A DNA stretch of 32,000 bases, from the NCBI GenBank assembly GCA_017453985.1, contig JAFTDT010000051.1:10083-42082 (forward strand). The letters run 5' to 3'. This DNA comes from Clostridia bacterium (lineage in GTDB: Bacteria > Bacillota > Clostridia > Oscillospirales > Butyricicoccaceae). A program made the position numbers and the translations under genes. The notes beneath the pieces were generated by a model. It was given only the letters and a program-made list of their open reading frames with translations, made no database searches and was not told where the DNA came from. Shown here one piece after another: positions 8,667 through 14,525 of the stretch (position 1 is its first letter; each line of letters starts with the position of its first letter).

Positions 8667-9296
8667 ATGAAGAGAGTAATAGTGTACTGCGAGGGACCTA
8701 CGGAGGAAACGTTTGTAAACAGGCTATTAGCTCCCATTTTCTATCCCAATAATATCTTTTTGTCTGCATCTTCGTGTAACGGCGTTTCTAAATACAGCAT
8801 TATCAAAAAAGATTTGAAAGTATTGTGTTCGAACGACAGAACTGCGATTATTACAACAATGCTTGATTATTATGCCTTTCCTTCCGACGCACCAGGAATG
8901 CAAAATAATGCAAACACAGATATTTATAGCAAAGTACAGTTTGTTGAAGATGCCATAAAGGCTGATATCGGCGCAAACAATCTAATACCGAATTTGATGC
9001 TGCATGAGTTTGAAGCGCTGCTGTTTTCTAGACCGGAGTGTTTTTCCTATTGTGGTTTACCACAAAGGAAACTGCAAGAACTGTGCGATATCAGAGCAAA
9101 AGTGGAAACCCCCGAACATATTAATAACAACCCAAGCACCGCTCCGTCAAAGCGCATATTGTCGCTGTATCCGGCATACAGCAAGTTCTTGGATGGATAT
9201 AATATTGCAGAAGACATTGGCATAGATGTTATGCGGTCACAATGTTTACATTTTAATGAATGGATTAATAAATTGGCAAAAATCAATGAAATATAA
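8667..9296 (+). CDS. DUF4276-like small protein (TOPRIM-like putative nuclease/effector), second gene of the island cassette
   Basis: 209 aa from ATG 8667, 1 nt after the ATPase TAA. Motifs VIVYCEGPTEETF, ITTMLDYY, LHEFEALLF and PEHINNNPSTAPSKRIL match my recollection of the DUF4276 family. The tracked GTG-type start at 8625 would overlap the ATPase by 41 nt and is rejected. Confidence 0.7.
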   Translation: MKRVIVYCEGPTEETFVNRLLAPIFYPNNIFLSASSCNGVSKYSIIKKDLKVLCSNDRTAIITTMLDYYAFPSDAPGMQNNANTDIYSKVQFVEDAIKADIGANNLIPNLMLHEFEALLFSRPECFSYCGLPQRKLQELCDIRAKVETPEHINNNPSTAPSKRILSLYPAYSKFLDGYNIAEDIGIDVMRSQCLHFNEWINKLAKINEI

Positions 9297-9300
9297 AAGA

Positions 9301-9327
9301 GAAGAGGGCAGAAAAGCTGTCCTCTTC
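9301..9327 (+). terminator. Hairpin downstream of the island cassette (terminator-like, weak U-tract)
   Basis: gaagagggcag-aaaag-ctgtcctcttc: an 11-bp stem with one G.U pair, 5 nt after the stop codon. The following sequence (ccttaac) is not U-rich. Confidence 0.45.
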
Positions 9328-9466
9328 CCTTAACAATGTGATACATGATCGCATAAACAATGCTTTTGCCGACGCCGAAATGCGTTGCTGCGGTATGAAT
9401 AAAAAAGTTCATAAAACTCTTTTGCGTCGATTATACGCCGTAGCCCCAATTTTCTTGCTAAAGCTA

Positions 9467-9496
9467 TTGACAAAGCGGAAGTGTCTGTATTATAAT
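9467..9496 (+). promoter_or_regulatory. Sigma-A-type promoter of the tRNA operon
   Basis: TTGACA (9467-9472), an 18-nt spacer, then TATAAT (9491-9496), about 27 nt upstream of tRNA-Gly. Confidence 0.65.
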
Positions 9497-9522
9497 TGAA
9501 AAGCTGACTTGGAGGGGCACAT

Positions 9523-9596
9523 GCAGGTGTAGTTCAATGGTAGAATGTCAGCCTTCCAAGCTGAACACGTGGGTTCGATTCCCATCACCTGCTCCA
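9523..9596 (+). tRNA. tRNA-Gly (anticodon UCC)
   Basis: Folded by hand. Acceptor GCAGGTG/CACCTGC, anticodon stem TCAGC/GCTGA with loop CTTCCAA, T-loop GGTTCGATTCC, encoded CCA. Confidence 0.9.
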
Positions 9597-9597
9597 A

Positions 9598-9634
9598 GTT
9601 AAGTAAACGCTGATATGCTCAGCGTTTACTTAAC
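9598..9634 (+). other. Perfect 16-bp inverted repeat in the tRNA-Gly/tRNA-Arg spacer
   Basis: gttaagtaaacgctga-tatgc-tcagcgtttacttaac. It is followed by a second 7-bp hairpin, ttccggg-aattg-cccggga (about 9643-9661). Confidence 0.8.
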
Positions 9635-9680
9635 AGCCTGCTTTCCGGGAATTGCCCGGGAGCCATGTCAAAAGTCACAT

Positions 9681-9757
9681 GTGCCTGTAGCTCAGCAGGA
9701 TAGAGCAACTGCCTTCTAAGCAGTAGGTTGGGGGTTCGAGTCCCTCCAGGCACGCCA
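9681..9757 (+). tRNA. tRNA-Arg (anticodon UCU)
   Basis: Acceptor GTGCCTG/CAGGCAC, anticodon stem ACTGC/GCAGT with loop CTTCTAA, T-loop GGTTCGAGTCC, encoded CCA. Confidence 0.9.
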
Positions 9758-9762
9758 AATAT

Positions 9763-9840
9763 GGTGGGTGTAGCTCAGGTGGTTAGAGCGCCAGGTTGTG
9801 GCCCTGGAGGCCGACGGTTCGAGTCCGTTCATCCACCCCA
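9763..9840 (+). tRNA. tRNA-His (anticodon GUG) with encoded G-1
   Basis: An extra 5' G pairs with discriminator C. Anticodon stem CCAGG/CCTGG with loop TTGTGGC, T-loop GGTTCGAGTCC, encoded CCA. Confidence 0.9.
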
Positions 9841-9872
9841 TTTTCTTTTTTATGCCGTGCGGCGGCAAATAC

Positions 9873-9946
9873 TGGGCTGTCGCCAAGGGGTAAGGCACCA
9901 GACTTTGACTCTGGCATCGTAGGTTCAAATCCTGCCAGCCCAGCCA
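9873..9946 (+). tRNA. tRNA-Gln (anticodon UUG)
   Basis: Acceptor TGGGCTG/CAGCCCA, anticodon stem CCAGA/TCTGG with loop CTTTGAC, T-loop GGTTCAAATCC, encoded CCA. Confidence 0.9.
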
Positions 9947-9949
9947 TAT

Positions 9950-10025
9950 GACCCATTAGCTCAGTCGGCAGAGCACCTGCCTTTTAAGCAGGGTGTCCGC
10001 AGTTCGAATCTGCGATGGGTCACCA
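9950..10025 (+). tRNA. tRNA-Lys (anticodon UUU)
   Basis: Acceptor GACCCAT/ATGGGTC, anticodon stem CCTGC/GCAGG with loop CTTTTAA, T-loop AGTTCGAATCT, encoded CCA. Confidence 0.9.
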
Positions 10026-10039
10026 TAGTTGTTTTGTCC

Positions 10040-10073
10040 GACGCCGCCGTGGCTTCCGGCGGCGTCGTTTTTA
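10040..10073 (+). terminator. Rho-independent terminator of the tRNA operon
   Basis: gacgccgccg-tggcttc-cggcggcgtc followed by gttttta. Confidence 0.8.
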
Positions 10074-10096
10074 TGCAAAAAAGGGAGATAAAGAAT

Positions 10097-11008
10097 ATGT
10101 GGTTTTGGTTTGCGCTCATCGCACTGCTCTGCTGGAGCGGCTCAGACCTGTTTTCAAAGATAGGCTGCGGCGACGGCAAGGATAAATACAGCCATCTCAA
10201 GATGGTCACCGCCGTCGGCGTCGTAATGGGACTGCACGCGGCGTATGAGATATTCATCGGCGGCGTGGAGATAAACGCCTCCGTCATCATGACCTATCTG
10301 CCGGTCTCGGCGCTGTACATACTTTCCATGGCGATAGGCTATCTCGGTCTGCGCTATATCGAGCTTTCCATCTCCTCTCCGATATGCAACAGCTCCGGCG
10401 CAATCGTGGCGGTGCTGACGCTCATCACCGTCGGCGTGGGCGACGATCTGCCGCCGGTGGCGCTGGTTGCGGTGGCGCTGGTCTGCCTCGGCGTGATTGG
10501 GCTGGGCGTGACCGAGGCGCGTGAGGACGAGGAGCTGCGCCGCGCGCGTCAGGACGAATCCAACCGTCACTATGCCAAGAGCTGGATAGCGATACTGATA
10601 CCGATAGTTTACTGTCTGCTGGACGCGCTGGGCACTTTTGCGGACAGCCGCGTGCTGGAGGTGCTGAACGAGGACTCGGCAAACGTGGCGTACGAGCTGA
10701 CCTTCCTCGCGGTCGGTCTGCTGTGCCTGATATACGTCGTGCTGATAAAAAAGCAGCCGCTGGTTCCGCGGCAGGAGGCGCCCAAGTACACCGGCGCAAT
10801 ATTTGAAACCATCGGGCAGTTCTTCTACATCTACGCGCTGGCAGATACGGAGCATGTCGCCTTCGCCGCGCCGATAATCTCCGCTTACTGCGTGGCGTCG
10901 GTGATATGGAGCCGCCTGTTCCTCAAGGAAAAGCTGTCCAAAAAGCATTACGCCTGCATCGCGGTGGTCGTCGCCGGCATAATCATTCTGGGCGTGCTGG
11001 ACATTTGA
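10097..11008 (+). CDS. DMT-superfamily (EamA-like) transporter
   Basis: About 303 aa from ATG 10097, with GGGAGA RBS 8 nt upstream. About 10 TM helices in two halves. The upstream part of the tracked ORF overlaps the tRNA terminator and is rejected. Confidence 0.7.
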   Translation: MWFWFALIALLCWSGSDLFSKIGCGDGKDKYSHLKMVTAVGVVMGLHAAYEIFIGGVEINASVIMTYLPVSALYILSMAIGYLGLRYIELSISSPICNSSGAIVAVLTLITVGVGDDLPPVALVAVALVCLGVIGLGVTEAREDEELRRARQDESNRHYAKSWIAILIPIVYCLLDALGTFADSRVLEVLNEDSANVAYELTFLAVGLLCLIYVVLIKKQPLVPRQEAPKYTGAIFETIGQFFYIYALADTEHVAFAAPIISAYCVASVIWSRLFLKEKLSKKHYACIAVVVAGIIILGVLDI

Positions 11009-11027
11009 AAAAGATGCAAAAGCTCTC

Positions 11028-11060
11028 CGGCAGCGGCATTATCTCGCTGCCGTTTTTATT
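11028..11060 (+). terminator. Rho-independent terminator
   Basis: cggcagcg-gcattatct-cgctgccg followed by tttttattt. Confidence 0.75.
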
Positions 11061-11149
11061 TCGCTGCCTGTCAACGCCTCTTGCCTTGCCGCCGCGGCTG
11101 TGGCATAATATCGGTATCAGAATAAAATATAATGTCGGAGGTAAGGACT

Positions 11150-12538
11150 ATGGTACTCGACCACAGCAAGCCGCATCAGAAATACTTTGAGCGGATATGC
11201 GCCATTCCGCACGTTTCGTACAACGAGAAGGCGCTGAGCGACTATATCGTGTCCCGCGCGCGGGAGCTGGGCTATTGGCATCATCAGGACGAGCTGCACA
11301 ACGTGATAGTGCGCGTGCCCGCCTCGCCCGGTTATGAAGACTCGGAACCGCTCATGCTACAGGGGCACATGGACATGGTGGGGACAAAGCTGCCGGACTG
11401 CGGACACGATTTCGATACCGATCCGCTACGGCTTTACGTCGAGGACGGCGTACTCCGCGCGCGCGGCACCACGCTGGGAGCGGACGACGGCGTTGCGGTG
11501 GCGTATATGCTCGCCATCATGGACGAGCGGGAGGCGCCGCACCCGCCGCTGGACTGTGTATTTACCGTGCAGGAGGAGGTCGGATGCGTCGGCGCGCGCG
11601 CGACTGCCGAGAGCGGGTTTATCCGTGCCCGCCGCATGATTGGGCTGGACGCCGCCGGCGAGCATGTGACGGTGGTGGGAAATTATTGCAGCGACAAGCT
11701 GATAACAGATTTGCCGCTGCGCCGCGCGCCGCTGGCGGGCGAGCGCGTGCTGCGGGCGGAGTTGTCCGGCATCGCGCCGCCCTCCTTCGGGCTGGAGGCG
11801 CTGGACGAGCGCGCAAACGCGGTGAAGTATCTCGCATGGCTGCTGCAAAATGCGGGCGGGGAGCTGCGGCTGATCTCGCTCTGCGGCGGCACGGCGGAAA
11901 ACGCCCACCCGCTGAGCTGCACGGCGGAGCTGGCGGCGTGGGACGCGGATTCGGTGCGCGCACACCTCACGGAGCTGACTGACAAGGGATTGCGGCTGGA
12001 GCTGACGGAGAGCACGGCGGAGGAAGCCTTCGACGCGGAGTCCACCGCAGCGGCGCTCGCCATGATAGGCGAGCTGCCAAACGGAACGATAGAGCATACC
12101 GATGAATATATGCTTACCAGCAATCTCATCGGCATGGTCGAGACGACTGCCGAGGGTCTGCGGCTGACCGGCTCCACGCGCTGCCGCAGCAGCGAGCTGA
12201 ACGGCGCCTTGCTCGCCTCGCTGCGCGCCGCTGCGGACAAATACGGAGCGCGGCAGAGCACGGAGGTGCGCTACCGCTCGTGGGACTATATGGAAAACTC
12301 CCCGCTGCGCGAGCTGTTTGCGCGGCTGGTACGCAGCGAGTGGGAGCGCGAGATACGCGAGGAGATCTGCCCCGGCGGGCTGGAGATATCCGACTACGCG
12401 GCGGCGATACCGGGGCTGGACGCGATAGCGATCGGACCGCTGTCCGGCGACTATCACGTTCCCGCCGAGTGGCTGGATATCGCCTCCTTTGACCGCGTGT
12501 ACGACATGCTGCTGAAAATGCTGGAGAATTTAAAATAA
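11150..12538 (+). CDS. pepD: Aminoacyl-histidine (Xaa-His) dipeptidase, M20C family
   Basis: N-terminal PHQKYFERICAIPHVSYNEKALSDYIV and metal-binding LQGHMDMVG and GADDGVAVA motifs are typical of PepD. ATG 11150 is preferred (GGAGGT RBS 7 nt upstream). Confidence 0.8.
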   Translation: MVLDHSKPHQKYFERICAIPHVSYNEKALSDYIVSRARELGYWHHQDELHNVIVRVPASPGYEDSEPLMLQGHMDMVGTKLPDCGHDFDTDPLRLYVEDGVLRARGTTLGADDGVAVAYMLAIMDEREAPHPPLDCVFTVQEEVGCVGARATAESGFIRARRMIGLDAAGEHVTVVGNYCSDKLITDLPLRRAPLAGERVLRAELSGIAPPSFGLEALDERANAVKYLAWLLQNAGGELRLISLCGGTAENAHPLSCTAELAAWDADSVRAHLTELTDKGLRLELTESTAEEAFDAESTAAALAMIGELPNGTIEHTDEYMLTSNLIGMVETTAEGLRLTGSTRCRSSELNGALLASLRAAADKYGARQSTEVRYRSWDYMENSPLRELFARLVRSEWEREIREEICPGGLEISDYAAAIPGLDAIAIGPLSGDYHVPAEWLDIASFDRVYDMLLKMLENLK

Positions 12539-12589
12539 GACTTGCGCCGGGCGCAGTTTTGTGATATTATTATTTACAGTTTTGAATAA

Positions 12590-12823
12590 TTAAAGACGGT
12601 GAAGAGGCAGAGTAGCCCTGCACCGCCCGCGCAGAGAGGGGCGTATATGCTGCGAGCGCCCTGCGGGAGGGCTTGGTAAAGTGCGCCTTGGAGTCCGGCG
12701 GGACAAACGGTGTGCGCCGCGGTATCCCGCCGCGGGTCGCTTCCGTTACCGGCGCATGAGTAAAATCAAGAGTGGGACCGCGCTTTGCGCCTCTTGCCGC
12801 TTCGGCGGCGGGAGGCGTTTTTT
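12590..12823 (+). promoter_or_regulatory. T-box riboswitch leader (putative Cys specifier UGC) with intrinsic terminator, upstream of cysE
   Basis: Stem I elements are present (AGAGA-type bulge 'cagagag', distal loop 'gcugcga'). Candidate specifier 'aaaGUGCg' has UGC at 12682-12684. T-box sequence aaucaagaGUGGGACCGCG lies at about 12764-12783. The terminator gcctcttgccgc-ttcg-gcggcgggaggc plus U7 spans 12789-12823. A candidate extended -10 promoter is TTGCGC-17-TGaTATTAT (12542-12570). Confidence 0.8.
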
Positions 12824-12904
12824 ATACGCTAAGGTAAATGAAGAACAAATGCTGCGTCGGCGTCTTGCGGCGCTATTCATCAATTGCTCAAGAGGTGCTT
12901 TCAT

Positions 12905-13564
12905 ATGTGCAGACTGATATACGATATAAAAACGGTAAGAAAAAAAGACCCCGCCTGCCGAAGCTGGCTGGAGGTCGTGCTGCTGTATTCCGGCTTTCAC
13001 GCCCTGCTGTGGCACCGTGCGGCGCATGCATTCCACCGGCTGCATCTGCGCTTTTTAGCCCGGATGATATCGCAGATATGCAGGTTTTTTACCGGAATAG
13101 AAATACATCCCGCCGCAAAAATCGGGCGGGGGCTGTTCATCGACCATGGCAGCGGCATCGTGATAGGCGAGACGGCGGAGATAGGGGACGACTGCACGCT
13201 GTATCAGAGCGTGACCATCGGCGGCACGGGCAAGGAGAGCGGCAAGCGCCATCCCACGCTGGGCAACGATGTGCTGGTGGGCGCGGGCGCCGCGATCCTC
13301 GGGCCCGTCAGCGTCGGAGACCATGCCAAGATAGCCGCGGGCGCGGTGGTGCTGTCCAACGTGCCGGAGGGCGGCACGGCGGTGGGCGTGCCGGCGCGGG
13401 TGGTGCGCATCGGTGAGCAGCGTGTCGCGGAGCGGGACAATGCCGACCTCGATCAGGTCAACATACCCGACCCCGTTTCACAGGAGCTTTGCCGCCTGCG
13501 CGCCGGACTGGAGCGCATGCAGGCGCGCATAGACGAGCTGGAGAGGGAACGCACGGCTGGGTAG
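12905..13564 (+). CDS. cysE: Serine O-acetyltransferase
   Basis: [37 protein letters not shown] plus hexapeptide repeats ([44 protein letters not shown]-like). ATG 12905 has an AGAGGTG RBS. The C-terminal ~45 aa form a coiled-coil-like extension. Confidence 0.9.
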   Translation: [219 protein letters not shown]

Positions 13565-13569
13565 CGGAG

Positions 13570-14127
13570 CTATTTGCCCTTCTTGTCGGCGAGCAGCGGC
13601 TTGAGCGCCTTGTATATCACGCCGGTTTTTTCGCTGCCGAACTGCTTTGCCAGCGCGTTGTTAAAGCCCTGCTTGGTCTTGTATTTTTCCAGATAATCTA
13701 TCACCAGCGGCACGTCATTTTTATATTGCGGTATCAGCTTGCTCACGCGCTCCTCGTAAGATTCGCGGTCGTATTCCGAGAGGTCATAGGCGCACTTGAT
13801 GCGTATGCCGCGCTCCTTCCAAAAGCTGACCACGCTCTGAAATCCTTGGTCGCGGCTGACTATGACATAAGACTCGCCGCCGCGCTTGGCGATGAGCCAG
13901 CCGAGGTAGGACACGAGCTGAAAATCGAGGCTGTTTTTGGAGCCGGCGGTGACGGAGATGAGCTGCACCGCGGCGCGGGAAGCATTGATGCGCTCGTGCA
14001 GGGAAAAGGTGAGCGTGTTCGACCGCTCGCTGTAAAATATCATCACGCTGTCCTTCTCTCCGAGACTCTCCACCCCGTTCATGCCCTTGATATGCACGTT
14101 TTCGTAATCTATCAGATATGTCGCCAT
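13570..14127 (-). CDS. NYN/LabA-like PIN-fold domain protein (putative RNase) with small C-terminal helical domain
   Basis: 185 aa from ATG 14127 (AAGGAG RBS). Acidic NYN-like positions are LIDYENV, SLDFQL and VSRDQGF. The 35-aa upstream extension in the track is rejected. Confidence 0.6.
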   Translation of the reverse strand: MATYLIDYENVHIKGMNGVESLGEKDSVMIFYSERSNTLTFSLHERINASRAAVQLISVTAGSKNSLDFQLVSYLGWLIAKRGGESYVIVSRDQGFQSVVSFWKERGIRIKCAYDLSEYDRESYEERVSKLIPQYKNDVPLVIDYLEKYKTKQGFNNALAKQFGSEKTGVIYKALKPLLADKKGK

Positions 14128-14194
14128 AATATCACTCCTTTGCTTTATTTTACCACACGCCGCGGCTTTTTTCAAACACGGCGCAAAAAAACGG

Positions 14195-14223
14195 TTGACA
14201 AAGCGGCGCGAAGGCAGTATAAT
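14195..14223 (+). promoter_or_regulatory. Consensus sigma-A promoter for the valS leader
   Basis: TTGACA (14195-14200), a 17-nt spacer, then TATAAT (14218-14223). Confidence 0.8.
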
Positions 14224-14231
14224 ATGCGTCA

Positions 14232-14489
14232 AAGGCTGTGAAGGACAGGAGTAGCCGTTTTCCCGCAGGCAAAGAGAAGGCGCGGTCGGTGCGAGCGCCG
14301 CTGACGGGTACGGTGAAGGTCGGTCCGGAGCCGCGGGGCAGAACTGAGAGTAAGCTCCGCCGTATTCCGCGTTAAGGATAGGGGCGTGCAGGCGCCTCGA
14401 GTGCGCGCTTTCGGGCGCGAATATGGGTGGTACCGCGGGCTTTTATGCCCGTCCCGTAGCCGTTTGTGCGGCTGCGGATTTTTTATTTT
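14232..14489 (+). promoter_or_regulatory. T-box riboswitch leader (putative Val specifier GUC) with intrinsic terminator, upstream of valS
   Basis: Stem I motifs are 'aggaguagcc', 'aaagagaagg' and distal 'ggugcga'. Candidate specifier 'gaagGUCg' has GUC at 14319-14321. Canonical T-box AAUAUGGGUGGUACCGCGG lies at 14420-14438. Terminator ccgtagccg-tttgtg-cggctgcgg plus auuuuuuauuuu spans 14454-14489. Confidence 0.85.
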
Positions 14490-14525
14490 CGGTAAAAAAA
14501 TAATTATAACACGGGAGTGATTGAA

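Larger units (their letters stand above)
7478..9420. other. Low-GC two-gene accessory island (probable horizontal acquisition)
   Basis: Hand counts of 60-nt lines give about 35-45% GC inside, against about 57-65% in the flanks. Codon usage shifts to A/T-ending codons. No integrase or transposase is present. The boundaries are approximate. Confidence 0.7.

Noticed and set aside
9047-9412. 121-aa minus-strand ORF at the right edge of the AT-rich island (a possible third island gene)
   Set aside because: Most of it is antisense to the DUF4276 gene. It has no RBS, and its hydrophobic, low-complexity sequence is typical of AT-rich antisense frames. It crosses the post-cassette hairpin.
7478-10025. 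Classical tRNA-targeting integrative element (island plus adjacent tRNA genes)
   Set aside because: There is no integrase or excisionase. The island lies upstream of the tRNA promoter rather than at a tRNA 3' end. I found no duplicated tRNA 3' fragment. Only a weak AT-rich flanking repeat is present, which is reported separately with low confidence.
12541-12560. pepD terminator at cttgcgccgggcgcagtttt
   Set aside because: The stem is only 5-6 bp (gcgcc/ggcgc) with a short U-tract, and it overlaps the putative -35 of the cysE leader promoter. It is too weak to call as a feature.
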